From Octopus sinensis (lineage: Eukaryota): 64,000 nt of DNA. Of this stretch, positions 37,660 to 50,690 are shown one piece after another. Made by a program: the position numbers and the translations under genes. Numbering within the stretch: the first letter of the stretch is position 1; each line of letters starts with the position of its first letter. The stretch covers positions 142,104,001 to 142,168,000 of the forward strand of contig NC_042997.1 in NCBI RefSeq assembly GCF_006345805.1. The letters are read 5' to 3'. The notes beneath the pieces were generated by a model. That model searched no databases and was not told the origin of the DNA. It saw only the letters and a list, made by a program, of their open reading frames with translations.

Positions 37660-38235
37660 CACATCATCATCTAGCATCTGTTGTCCATGCTGGCATGGGT
37701 TGGACTGTTTGACCAGGACTGGAAAGCTGCACCAGACTCCAGTCTGATTCAGCATGGTCTCTGTGGCTGGATGCCCTTCCTCAGTCATTGCCTCCGTGAG
37801 GCCCGACATTCGAAAGGAACTCAGCTACTTTGCCTCCGGGAGATTCAACGCTCAAAAGGAACTCAGCACTTTACCTCCAGGAGGCCCAACGTTCAAATGG
37901 AATTCAGCCTCTTTACATCTGGAAGGCTCAATGTTCAAAAGGAATTTAGCTGCTTTGCCTTTGGGAGGCCCAACGCTCGAAAGGAACTCAGCCACTTTGT
38001 CTCCTTGAGGCCCAATGCTTGAATAGTGCTCTTTACATGCCACTGGCATGGGTGCCAGTTACATGACACCAACATCAGCCATGACTATGATTTCACTTGC
38101 CTTTACGGATTTTCTCGAATACAGCATATCGCCAAAGGTCTCAGTCACTAGTCATTGCCTCTGTCAGGTTTAAAGTTGGAAGATCATGCTTCACCACTCT
38201 GTCCCATGTCTTCCTGGGTCTACTTCTACTGTAGG
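37660..38235 (-). mobile_element. 5'-truncated RTE LINE: ORF2 C-terminus plus 3' UTR
   Basis: GTYSRSRPRKTWDRVVKHDLPTLNLTEAMTSD*DLWRYAVFEKIRKGK*, followed by UTR and (GAT)n. Confidence 0.85.
37797..38020. repeat. About 5.4 copies of a ~42-bp unit in the RTE 3' UTR
   Basis: GAGGCCCAACGCTCGAAAGGAACTCAGCCACTTTGCCTCC variants. Confidence 0.9.
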
Positions 38236-38854
38236 TTCCTTATACCAGTGCTACTCAATGTGGTGGTCTGCAGACCAGTGCCAGTCCATGAGCCATCAGC
38301 TGCTGGTATGTGGTGAGTTTCCAGAAAAGAAGCATTATAAAATGCTTATGTAATAATGTATTACTTGATTACAAAATAAATATACGATAAAAAAACTCTC
38401 AAATATAAATATATGCATATATACATACATATATGTACATACCTACATATATATGTATATATACATGCATATATTGGTACAGGACATAAAAAAAATGTGA
38501 AGAAAATGAGAAACGAGAACACAAAAAACAAAAACATAGAAAACAAACTTCTTTTTGAACAACAAAAGAAACAAATAGAGAAACGAGACAGGCACCATAA
38601 AGAACATTCCCTTCATCAGTTGTCCCCTGTTTTATCTACTCCATGTTTCGAAGGTAGTGACAAGACGCGACTTCGTTAAAGCAATCCTTCCTGCAAAGCA
38701 AATTAAATAAAATTTGGGATTTTTTGTAGAGGGTTAAAGTGGTAACAAAAGCAGGACAGTAACAAACAAAACAGTAAAAACAAATGGTGAGGGCTGTTAA
38801 GCCAAGACGAGGTGCAGTGGTGAACGCTATACACACACATATATATGTATATTC

Positions 38855-39190
38855 TTTTGTTCTTTTACTTATTTCAGTCATTTGACTGTGGCCATGCTGG
38901 AGCACTGCCTTTAGTCAAACAAATCGACCCCAGGACTTATTCTTTGTAAGGTTAATACTTATTCTATCAGTCTCTTTTGCTGAACCTCTAAGTTATGGGG
39001 ATGTAAACACCAGTTGTCAAGCAATGGTGGGGAGAAAATACAGAGACACACACACAAATACATGCATGCATACATACATACATTTCAGTTATAGTAGAAG
39101 ACACTTGCCTAAAGTGCCATGCAGTGCAACTGAACTCAGAACCATGTTGTTGGGAAGCAAGCTTCTTACCACACAGCCACTCCTGTGCCT
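38855..39190 (-). mobile_element. CORE-type SINE with internal deletion
   Basis: Tail and head match the family. Confidence 0.85.
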
Positions 39191-39327
39191 ACATATATGT
39201 ATGTATGTATATATATGTGTGTGTGTGCATGAATGTAAATAGACGTATATATGTATGTATAGATAGATAGATAGATAATGTAATTTGAAATTTTTAAAAA
39301 TGAGAAGAGAACAGGAATTATAGGATT

Positions 39328-39428
39328 AACTTTATTAGCTTACAGCTGTTTCTGCTACAAGTTGCAGTGCACTCAAAGCTGAGTGCTTGTGCATCTTATA
39401 GCAGAAACAGCTGTAAGCCAATGAAGTT
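39328..39428. repeat. ~100-nt hairpin with a 20-bp perfect core stem
   Basis: GCTTACAGCTGTTTCTGCTA (39338-39357) / TAGCAGAAACAGCTGTAAGC (39399-39418); inner GCACTC/GAGTGC closes a 6-nt loop. Confidence 0.9.
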
Positions 39429-39699
39429 GCTCACACAATTCTGGTTTCTTTGTCATTTCATTACTTTCATTTTACGCTCTCTACTCACCTTACACTTTAT
39501 TGTGAAGCATATTGAATTCTAACTGCAGGTTACTGGTATTGCCATGACTAAGTGAAATGTTAAAATATATAAAGAGGATATGAAAAGAATTTGAGAACAT
39601 ATTTTGTAATTTACAAAAACAACTCTGAAAAACAAAACAAAAAAAGAAGAAAAAATATATTTTAATAAAAATTTGTGCAAATGTTCTCAATAAGCTTTC

Positions 39700-40685
39700 T
39701 AATGAGCTTATTCTGTGAACATACTTTCAGCTGTAATGATTGCTTCAATGCAGGACTGGAATTGTTTATATATTTGCACTAAAAGGTCCTTATTCATTTT
39801 AGACATCATCTGGACTATGGCAGCCTTCAGTGAAGCTATAGTATCATGAGAATGTCGATTATTTTCCCTTTCAGCAATGCTCCAGTAGTAGTAATCCATT
39901 GCATTTAAATCTAGCAAGTTTGGATGCATCATGTTTGGTGGCACCCAAACATAAAGATTCTCTGATATCTATTCTTGAGTTATGTGACATTGTGAGATGG
40001 CACTGTGTCTTGTTGAAACATGCTTTATCCATTTAGGACTTAATACCTGTCTCCAACGGCGTTAATTCTAAAACCCTGTGGGAAGATTTGAGATAGTATG
40101 ACATGACTTTCTTTACTCATTCCTCCTAAAACCTTCACAATGGCTGGAAATTTAGTATGCATCACTCTTGGTGACATCAGAAAGATAACCATCTACCATT
40201 TCTCGTTAGACTTTTGGTGTTGGTCGAAGTTTTTCTCATCAGAGAAGAACCGAAACATGCTGTTTGTAAGAGAATTTTTAAAACCTTGTTATATAACCAC
40301 TTAGCATGGAGCTAACAGTAGTCCTGTGTTGTAGCAGTCATGGATTAGCTTCTCCTCAGTACATACAACTTGTATTAAATTGTCCTTGTGCACCACAGTT
40401 CTGATAGTTCAATGCAACAGTTGAAAATCTTTGGTGATGACCTTCATTAATTTCCCAGAATCATTAAAATAATGTTTTGGACCTATTGGATGAATTTTGG
40501 TGTTCTTACAATGTCTGAATGTTTATAATGTTCTTCCCTTTGCTACACTTGAAGCATTCTTGCCAGAGGGTTCCACCTTTGTGTATAAAGGAGCTTGCAA
40601 CATGTAGAAAGTTAGCAATTTTTGAATCACCATGATCCACACACATATGGCAACAATCATTGTATGTCTTTTCATTTCTTGTGTA
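39700..40685 (-). pseudogene. Near full-length decayed Tc1/mariner-superfamily transposase (maT/DD37D-like)
   Basis: EMKRHTMIVAI..KIANFLHVASSFIHK; TIRTVVHKD; FFSDEKNFDQ..VMHTKFPAIVKVLG; HPNLLDLNAMDYYYWSIAERENNRHSHDTIASLKAAI. Subfamily assigned from recall. Confidence 0.82.
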
Positions 40686-41245
40686 AACATTTAAGAAAGG
40701 CATCCATCTATAGAAACCATGCCAAAACTGACATTGGAGCATAATGCTGTTCTTTAACCCTTCAAACTGCATGGAACATGGACATTAAGTTATGATGAAG
40801 TTGATGATGATGTTATATATGTAGCTGGCACATCACATGGTTATTCAGATTTTATGCTTCTGATCGCCAGACTTGATAAGAAGCTCTTTTATTATGCTTT
40901 CTTGACCAGAAAAGCAAAATTCAGGTATAAGATGTCAGCTGTCACAATAATAACTAACACTATCGCTTTGATCTTGAACACCGTTTTACCCTTCTATATA
41001 TGTATGTAAATATATGTGTATGAATGCACACATGTACATGTGTGTGTGTATATATACACATATATTTATGTGTATGTATGTGTAGGCATACATATATGTG
41101 TATGTATGCATATATATGTGTGCATATACATATATGTGTATGTGTGTGTGTGTATATATATACATATACATATATTTATGTGTATGCATACATATATGTG
41201 TATGTATGCATATATATGTGTGCATATACAATATATGTACATGTA

Positions 41246-41291
<46 letters not shown>

Positions 41292-41295
<4 letters not shown>

Positions 41296-41630
41296 ATCAC
41301 CATCCTTTAACGTCTGCTTTCCATGCTAGCATGGGTTGGACGATTTGACTGAGGACTGGCGAACCAGATGGCTGCGCCAGGCTCCAATCTGGCAGAGTTT
41401 CTACATCTGGGTGCCCTTCCTAATGCCAACCACTCCGAGAGTGTGGTGGGTGCTTTTACGTGCCACCGGCACGAGGGCCAGTCAGGCAGTACTGGCAACG
41501 GCCACACTTGAAATGGTGTTTTTTACGTGCCACCTGCACAGGAGTCAGTCCAGCGGCACTGGCAACGACCTTGCTCAAATGTTTTGTTCATGTACCACCG
41601 GCACAAGTGCCAGTAAGGCGACGCTGGTAA
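41292..41630 (-). mobile_element. RTE-type 3' end
   Basis: Same tail and modules as 30668-31150. Confidence 0.85.
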
Positions 41631-42359
41631 TATATGAATAAATATAAATATATCTATGTTATATGTATATGCTTATATGTTTTGTGTGTGTGTGTGTGTG
41701 TGTATGCGTATTATATACATATGTCTATGTATGTATTTATGTATACATATATGTATGTATCATCTTCATCATCATTTCGCATCTTCTCTTCATGCTTCCA
41801 TGGGTTGGACAGTTTGACAAAATCCAGTGCACTAGAAAAGCACATATTCCTCCAGTGTGTCAGTTTTGTTATGGGTATCTAATGCTGGATGCCTTTCCTA
41901 ATGCCAACCTCTGTGCAGAATGTGTCGGGTGCTTTTCGATTGCACTAATACAAGTGGGGTTGTTTTGTAACTTGCAACACTTCATCTAAGGAGTAGCATG
42001 GAAGAAAGAGAGAGGTGGCTTCATTTGAGGTGTTTCAAGGCTAAAGAAAGATAGAAGGAACAAGAACAGGTTTGCTGTTGTGGATGAGATTCAAGGCTAC
42101 TCTACATTATATATAAATAGGTGGAAGTAAATGGGGTCAAGCTGGAATGAGAGCTAGAGATGCTGGTGATGAGCTGGCAGTATGTATCTGCAAGGTACAG
42201 AAAGAATAGGAGACTATGCAGGAACAGATGATCAGGTAGCGAAGCAGGTTAAGTTTGCAAGTAGCTGGGGTTAATGTAGTGAATGATGAACAAGGTTAGG
42301 GGTTAGTCAGTGGTAAATATGAGTAGGGGATGGTGATATGAAAGAGGGGTGGATATCAG

Positions 42360-42542
42360 TAAAAGTTGTTGCGCCATGTAAAAAAGCACTCAGCCCACTC
42401 TGCTGGGTGGTTGGTTTTAGGAAGGGCATCCAGCCCCAAAAAACCATGCCAAAACAAACACAGAAGTCTGGTGCAGGCTCCTGCCTGGCCAGTCCCTGTC
42501 AAACTGTCCATCTCAAGCCAGCATGGAAGGCAGATGTTAAAC

Positions 42543-42575
<33 letters not shown>
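42360..42575 (+). mobile_element. RTE-type 3' tail with (GAT)n
   Basis: AGGAAGGGCATCCAGC..AGCATGGAAGGCAGATGTTAAAC(GAT)n. Confidence 0.8.
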
Positions 42576-42604
42576 ATATATATATATATATATATATATA
42601 TCTT

Positions 42605-43350
42605 CATGCAGAATACATGTTCTCTCAAAAGTGTCAACCTCATCCTTATCCTGCTCCCTCCATCTGTGGCAATGACAGACATTGCTCTTCCAGTCAGTCT
42701 CCTGCATATCACAGGCCTTTAATGAGGACTTAACACACTCCTTGAATCACAGTCTTGGTTTCTGCCGGGGTCTCGTTCCATTCACAAATTCCTCATATAA
42801 CATCTGTTTCAGGATCCTGCTATCCTTCATTCTAATAAGGTGTCCTGTCCAACGTAACTGCTTGTGCACCATCGTCTTAATACTCAAGATATCAGCTGTC
42901 TTCAGGATCTGTGTATCTGGAGTTTTTAAGGTCCAGCCAATATTCAGAATGTGTCTGAGACATCTTTGATGAAAGCATTCAAGGACCCTTACATGACGTT
43001 TGTAAAGGGTCCATGTCTCACATGAGTAAAGGAGCGATGTCAGTACACATGCACGGTACACAGCAACTTTCGTTTGCTTTGTGATGCCATGTTGGGACCA
43101 GACACAAGACTGAAGAGATCGGAGAGAATCAGTTGCTCTCTGCAGCCTAAATGATATTTGATCATCCAGGGAGCTTTTTTACATGACACAAGCACAGGTG
43201 AGAGAGCACATATTCTGCATGAAGAACTTAAATGTGCTGATTTAATGGGGAAAGCTTGGTTTGCAATGTTTGCATTCATGTATACTTGGCAAATATAAGT
43301 TAGTCCTAGAGCACACAATGTTCCTGAAGGTCAGCAATGGTCTTCCTTGG
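42605..43350 (-). pseudogene. RTE/BovB-like LINE reverse-transcriptase C-terminal fragment
   Basis: LDDQISFRLQRAT..TKVAVYRACVLTSLLYSCETWTLYKRHVRVLECFHQRCLRHILNI..QLRWTGHLIRMKDSRILKQMLYEE..RPRQKPRL*FKECVKSSLK. Confidence 0.92.
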
Positions 43351-43404
43351 TCATGAGTGAATGACCATTATATATATATATATATATAGGCGTATATATA
43401 TATA

Positions 43405-43601
43405 TATAGGCGCAGGAGTGTCTGTGTGGTAAGAAGCTTGCTTACCAACTACATGGTTCCAGGTTCAGTCCCACTGCATGGTATCTTGGGCAAGTGTCTT
43501 CTACTATAGCTTCAGGCTGACCAAAGCCTTGTGAGTGGATTTGGTAGACAGAAACTGAAAGAAGCCCGTTGTGTATATATAAATATAAATATATATATAT
43601 G

Positions 43602-43662
<61 letters not shown>

Positions 43663-43890
43663 TTATGCGTGTATGTTTATGTATCTGTGTTTGTCCCCCC
43701 AACATCGCTTGACAACTTGACAACCAATGCTGGTGTGTTTACATCCCTGTAATTTAGTGGTTTGGTAAAAGAGACTGATAGAATAAGTACTTGGCTTACA
43801 AAGAATAAATTCTGGGGTCAGTTTGCTCGACTACAGGTGGTGCTCCAGCATGGCCACTGTCAAATGACTAAAACAAATAAAGGAATAAAA
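43405..43890 (+). mobile_element. Full-length CORE-type SINE with expanded internal (TA)n
   Basis: TAGGCGCAGGAGTG..TTGGGCAAGTGTCTTCTACTATAGC..tail. Confidence 0.9.
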
Positions 43891-43906
43891 GTATATGTAT
43901 ATATAA

Positions 43907-44139
43907 ATGGGTAACAAAAGATGTACGAGTATCAATTCATTATGGCCATTTGAAGCAACTCCTTCAATTGATTAATGGAAAAATTACATCATTGCAAAGA
44001 AATCATTTTTGTCAGATGACTGCTTAGACTTCAAACGATGATGGTTTTTTTGCAATGATGTAATGTTTTCATGAATTAATTAAAGGAGTTGCATGTAACG
44101 GCCAGAATGAATTGACACCTGTACATCTTCGTTACTCAT
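43907..44139. mobile_element. Foldback MITE with ~100-bp diverged TIRs
   Basis: ATGGGTAACAAAAGATGTAC..TTACATCATTGCAAA versus TTTGCAATGATGTAA..GTACATCTTCGTTACTCAT. Confidence 0.85.
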
Positions 44140-44589
44140 ATTTTATTCACCTATTCTGGAATTTGCACTTTGGAAATTTTATAGAAAGTATTTTTGTATT
44201 TTTATATAAAGTACATGTCTGAACGACCAAGAGCAGATCTCTTCATTAAGTTGGGTTATGTTATCTGCATACACTGCAAGAATTTCAAATGCAAATACTT
44301 CTGAACTGAGTTTGATATTCACCTGATATTGTCTGGGTGTGCAGATCAGATTGACTTAACAAAGTGCCTCAATTTAAGTACCTAATTCAACTGAATCTTA
44401 ATTATTTATATATATATATACATTCATAGCAGGCAGAGTCAAAATATTTTTGGATTCAAATTTTAATTAATAGTTCAAATAAATTACATATGAACAGTAT
44501 TTATTCATCAGAATATATCCCATCATATTCTATTGTCTGCTGCTATTGTTGTGTCCGAAGCAGAGTTCTATGCTTATAATATTTACACC

Positions 44590-45110
44590 TGTTGAACCTC
44601 TGTCTACGCAGGAAATGAGCCATGGCTTGAAAATTGGTAATCTGATGGAGCAAGGTCTGGTCTGTAGGCTGGGTCAGGTAGCACCTCCAGCACTTCAGGT
44701 TCCTTAAGTTTGCCTTTGATTATATTGTCATGCTGTAGGAATGTGCTTCTTTGATTGGACAGTGCTGGGTAGCAGGCTCTCAAAGCATCATATACTCACT
44801 ACAGTTGTTGAGCTTAGAAGTTAGCATTCACATCATGACCATTTGGGTCAAACTCAAGTGCAACACCCTCTTAAAATTCCATTCAAACTTCCCTTGTATG
44901 ACAATAGGTTCTGAAACCTGGCCAGATGAAGCCACTGGTTTATCTTATCAGGATTATGAAAATAGATCCATTTTTCATCCCCAGTTACAATTTGATGCAA
45001 AAAATGGGCATCTTGAGGATTTTTCAGCAGTTACTTGCAAATGTTCATGTGTCATTGAACCTGGTTGCTGGCCAGCTCATGAAGAACTTCTTGACAGCAT
45101 CAGTTGGTGC
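44590..45110 (-). pseudogene. Mariner transposase fragment
   Basis: HQIVTGDEKWIYFHNPD..FLQHDN..EVLPDPAYRPDLAPSDY. Confidence 0.9.
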
Positions 45111-45729
45111 TTTTTAGGTGCCACCAGCATGGACGCCAGTCAAGGCGGCGCTGGCATAATTATTTTTACTTTTGATTAATGTCTGCTTTTTCAGGATGGC
45201 ATGAGTTTGGATGGAGAGTTATTTGAAATAAGAGTTTATGGCCAGATGCTCTTTCTTTCACCAGTGCTTGTTTCTTTCAAGTAAAGGATTTCTGTATTTG
45301 GCAGGTCTTGAGTTGTGCAGAGTTACCTGTCATAATGTCAGTAATGAAGGTTGCCATTAACATTGCTTTGCTAGTGGCTTGTGTGCGCACGCACACACAC
45401 ACACACACACCACAGAAATGCATACATGCATGCATACTCATATATACATACACACTCTCTCTTATATATGCACACATACACGCATGCACACTTATACATC
45501 TTATATTTATTTGTTTCTCTTTCTCTATACAACATATTTCCTGCAGTTTCTATATGCCAACGTAAATCACATTACATTGGATAGTCTAGGGAAATAGTAG
45601 AGTTACTTGCCTTAGGTGCCATGCAGTGGGGTTGAACTTGAAACATGCTTGCAAAGCAATCTTCAACCTCACAGTAATGCTTACACCTACTTATATATGT
45701 GTGAGTGTGATTGTGTGTGCATATGTGTG

Positions 45730-46015
45730 TGAAGGTGCATGGCTTAGTAGTTAGGGTGTTGTACTCCCAATCCCTAGATCATGATTTCAATTCCCAACCC
45801 AAGTGACATGTTGTGTTCTTGAGCAAAACAATTCATTTCAAGTGGCTCCAATCCACTTGGCTATGAATTGGTAACTCTGCAAGGGGCTAGCCTTCTGATC
45901 AGGGGGAATGTAGACCTTACCTAGCCAATGGGTGACATCCTTGAAAGCTAAAACAGTTCAAAGCGCATTGTGACCAGCAATGTATAACAACATGTGAAAG
46001 TCTGGTTGATCACAT
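45730..46015 (+). mobile_element. tRNA-derived SINE family C
   Basis: GAAGGTGCATGGCTTAGTAGTTAGGG (A box), GATTTCAATTCCC (B box), TTGTGTTCTTGAGCAAAACA. Confidence 0.7.
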
Positions 46016-46046
46016 GATATATATATATATATATCATATGATCACA

Positions 46047-46079
<33 letters not shown>

Positions 46080-46081
<2 letters not shown>

Positions 46082-46425
46082 AACCACATGGTTCCAGATT
46101 CAGTCCCACTGTGTGGCATCTTGGGCAAGTGTCTTCTACTGTAGCCTCAGGCTGATCAAAGCCTTGTGAGTGGATTTGGTAGACGGAAATTGAAAGAAGC
46201 TCATCATACACACACACACACACACATTTGTGTGCATGTCTGTTCCCCAGCTATCACTTGACAACTGATGTTGGTGTGTTTACGTCTCCAAAACTTAGTT
46301 ATTTGGAAAAAGACACTGATGGAATAAGTACTAGGCTTGCAAAGAATAAGTCCTGGAGTCAATTTGTTCAATTAAAGGTGGTGCTCCAGCATGGCTGCAG
46401 TCAAATGACGGAAACAAGTAAAAAG
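46080..46425 (+). mobile_element. CORE-type SINE lacking its extreme 5' end
   Basis: Family match. Confidence 0.85.
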
Positions 46426-47349
46426 ACAAGCAAAAAAAAAATGAATATATATATATATAAGGTAAAACAAAATGAGTTTGTTTAGAGAGTATTTAGTTAC
46501 ATCATCTTACATGTATTTCATTAACAATGAATAAATATTTGTAATATAGGGAAAATCTTATAAGTTATTTGCATTGTCAATTCTTTAGAGATTGCGTAAC
46601 TCTCATTAGTAAGTTTTGAGATTTATACTGAACTGTCACCAGCATTGTTGTCTTGACTACAATAGTGACTGTCTGTAGCGTAAAGAAGTCGTGAGGGGAG
46701 ATAAAATGCAGTAAAAAATGCAGACATATATATAAATCTATACATGTGCATACACACACATGTACATGCATGCACATTTGCTCACACACACATATAAAGC
46801 TGATCTGAGGAGGAGATGGCAAATAACTGATATGATTGTGACTTCACTAAGAAGATCATTTGTGACAGCAAATGTGAGTCCTAAAAGATTTATGTTCATG
46901 TTTATACAGTCACTGAGTCCTGCTCCTGCACCCTGTCTGTCCTTGTCAAGCCTTTCCCATGTTCCATCTTCCTACTGTCAATCTGCTTATCTCTTTCTAA
47001 TTACAGCATTATCCATTTGCTGTAATCATATGAACAGAACTACACATATTTCACCCCCTTTTGTATTATGAGTTCCCCTTCTATCTGGCGTCACTTTCTT
47101 TTAACATTCCTCATTCTCAATATCTGCCCCTCCCACTTTACTTTCCATTGATCATTCCTTTCTATGTCATCAGTTATTGTGCCTTTTATTGCTTGTTATG
47201 ACTGCAAAATATCACCTTTAACACCCTCTCATATCTGCTATTATTCTCAACGTCATATCTGACATCAGTGCACCTCCCCACCTTCGTCCTCCACTCACTA
47301 TATCCATCCCTACATAAATCTGATCTCCATCTCTGTCTGTGTTAATTTC

Positions 47350-47570
47350 TCTCTTTTACTTGTTTCAGTCATTTGACTGCGGCCATGCTGGAGCACCGCC
47401 TTTAGTCGAGCAAATCGACCCCGGGATTTATTCTTTGTAAGCCCAGTACTTATTCTATCGGACTCTTTTGCCGAACTGCTAGGTGACGGGGACGTAAACA
47501 CACAAGCATCGGTTGTCAAGCGATGCTAGGGGGACAAACACAGACACACAAACATATACACACACATACA

Positions 47571-47616
<46 letters not shown>

Positions 47617-47780
47617 CGACAGGCTTCTTTCAGTTTCCGTCTACCAAATCCACTCACAAGGCATTGGTCGGCCCAAGGCTATAGCAGAAAGACACTTGCC
47701 CAAGATGCCACGCAGTGGGACTGAACCCGAAACCATGTGGTTGGTAAGCAAGCTACTTACCACACAGCCACTCCTGCATC
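47350..47780 (-). mobile_element. Full-length, CpG-rich (young) CORE-type SINE
   Basis: Family match with most CpGs intact. Confidence 0.92.
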
Positions 47781-48750
47781 TGTCTCAGACCATCACCCAC
47801 ACTCCCCCACACTCCCCCACTCTATTTCTCTATTTCTCATCTACCTACAGCCCTCTAATATTTCTGTACTTCCACTTACCACTTCCTCCTTTCTGAGCCA
47901 CTCTTATTTCTTTCACTTCCCTCTAGCCCAAACTGATATTTTCCATCGGCCATGCCTCCACCCTTGTACACCATTTACTACTTTCACCTCTACACTCATC
48001 TCTAACCATCTGCTTCTCTTCTCTCACATCTTACAAATTATCCACCTGCCCTTCTGATCTTCAGTCCATATTCTCTCTTATACTCCCCTCCATTAAGAGT
48101 ATACTTTGACATATTTTCACCACTGTTTTTATTTTCCTTCCAGTTCATCCTACACACCTTTATATAATGCAGGGTAACCTTGATCTTCTCTATAGCAAGT
48201 AACCTTGCCATAGCACCTAGCATAAAACCATCTCTGCTACATCTCTACTCAGTTAAGGAGATTTTCCTTTTTCTATGTCTTGCAAGTTAACTGCTGATAA
48301 GTTACATGGGGAAATATTAGCTTACTTAGAAACAGGTGCAAGTTGGTGACAGGAAAGGCATCTGGGCATAGAAATTCTACTGTAATAAACTTTGACCCAT
48401 CCATGCAAGCATGGAAAAGTGGCTGATGAAGATGATGGTGACTTATAAAACATATATGTTGTAATTATATATACATATATTAAATCATCATCATCATCAT
48501 CATCATCATTGTTTAATGTCTGCCTCCCATGTTGGCATGGGTTGGATGGTTTGACAAGAGCCAGCCAGGCAAGAGCTTGCACCAAGACTTGTGTGTCTGT
48601 TTTGACAGGGTTTTTACAACTAGATGCCCTCCTTAACATCAATCACCCAGCAGAGTGGACTGGGTGCTATATATATATATGTATGTATTTTTATGTACTT
48701 CTATAGATATATATATGTTCTAAATGTGTGTGGTGTGGTGCGAGTGTGTA

Positions 48751-48910
<160 letters not shown>

Positions 48911-48974
48911 TACACACCTGTATGCATATACATAATTAAACATGTATTAATATATATATAGATATTTATATGTA

Positions 48975-49027
<53 letters not shown>

Positions 49028-49056
49028 TACACAAGCACATATGTCTATGTGGGTGC

Positions 49057-49096
<40 letters not shown>

Positions 49097-49100
49097 TTAG

Positions 49101-49262
49101 GATTACTTCGGTGAAGAACCAGTAGTTTCCATTGCTGCCTGTTGCTATTCCACTTACTCAACAACAAATAATTCCTTTGAGAAAAGTATGGAGATCACAA
49201 CTTCCTTCTCGCATCCTCCAGAATTCAAAGTACTGCATCTGTCGCAGAAATCAATATCGTAA
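49101..49262 (+). CDS. Possible exon-like ORF DYFGEEPVV..EKSMEITTSFSHPPEFKVLHLSQKSIS*
   Basis: TTTAG| acceptor, 53 open codons of unique sequence. Not recognised; a competing minus-strand reading with donor GA|GTAAGT exists. Confidence 0.25.
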   Translation, partial: DYFGEEPVVSIAACCYSTYSTTNNSFEKSMEITTSFSHPPEFKVLHLSQKSIS

Positions 49263-50099
49263 AATGTCCAAAACATGTACTGGTGTTTGCTTTTTTTTTA
49301 TTTTACCTACCGACAACTGTGGAAGTCATATTTCTCGTCCGCCTTGTCTTCTTGTCTGTCTCTCACATTCAGCCATTCTCTCAAGTCAGCTTTACACTTT
49401 CCATGTTACTTTGAATGATGACTTTCAAGAAAGTCATCTCAAAGTCTGAGGAATCTCTCATTTCTCTCTTCTTTCACTTTCTACAGGATTTGTTTAGAAA
49501 TAGCAAAACACCAACGTTCAGCGGCCACACATGTATGCACACGCGTGCATGTACACACACACACACGCGTGCGCGTGCACAGCTAGTACGCAAACACACC
49601 AACACCTACGCAAAAGAAAACATACATGTGCACATAAATACACACTTGAACAAACTCTTTCTCTCTTTCTCTCATACACACACTCACAGACATACACACA
49701 CTGAGACACATGTGTACACACATGTACATACACCCACACACCTCACAAAATGTCCATTTTTTGTCAATTCCAGTGTTACAGTCCTTCCACAGATAGTGTT
49801 GTTCATTTGAAGATAGAATATTACATATTTCGTTGTAATTCTCATTCACAGAAAAGTTAGTCGGTTTACAGAAAGCATTTCCGTTGTTTTCAATGGAAAT
49901 GTCACAAGAATGGTAGTAGGTTGGTCTGGAATTACATCATAGAATCAAATCCCCCTCCGTTCTCCCCCATCCCCTTATCAGCACTGGAAAGAAACGGATT
50001 TATTCACTTACAGAGGAACAAATTTTCTTATGTTTATTTGTGGTAAATGTTTTTAAAACATGTTCATTTATCTCTTTATATATTTATTTACTCATCCGT

Positions 50100-50392
50100 A
50101 TCTCTCTCTATATATATCTATCTATCTATCTATCTGTCAGTCTCTGTTTGTCTGTTTCTCTGCCTATCTATCTGTCTATCTCTCTACTTATCCGTGTCTA
50201 TCTGTCTGTCTCTCTCTCTCTATCTATCTACCTACCTATCTGTCTATACCTATCTATCTCTATCCATCTATCTATCTACATATCTACCTCTGTCTATACC
50301 TATCTATCTATCTCTATCCAGCTATCTACCTATCTATCACTGTCTGTACCTATCCATCTATCTACCTACCTATGTCTATACCTATCTGTCTA

Positions 50393-50475
<83 letters not shown>

Positions 50476-50690
50476 CCTACCTACGTATCTACCTGTCTAC
50501 CTACCTACCTACCTGTCTACCTGTTTTTATGTACCTAGTTATCTGTCTATTTCTTTATCCATCTATTTATTTTGTTGTTGATCCAAGTATTTTCTTGTTT
50601 ATCCACTATCTATATGCCTATCTATCTATCTATATGCCTATCTATCTATCTATATGCCTATCAATCTATCTATCTATCTGTCTGTCCATC
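50100..50690. repeat. Compound (TCTA)n/(CCTA)n/(TCTG)n tetranucleotide satellite
   Basis: Direct inspection; explains the LSIY ORFs. Confidence 0.97.

Noticed and set aside
38267-38335. hAT-like TIR CAGTGCTACTCAATGTGG
   Set aside because: No matching right TIR or TSD found; at most an orphan end.
38590-38680. CGAAAC..CTGATGA on the minus strand (possible permuted hammerhead)
   Set aside because: Helix I does not close and GA of the core is sequestered by CCTTC/GAAGG; probably a retroelement terminal remnant.
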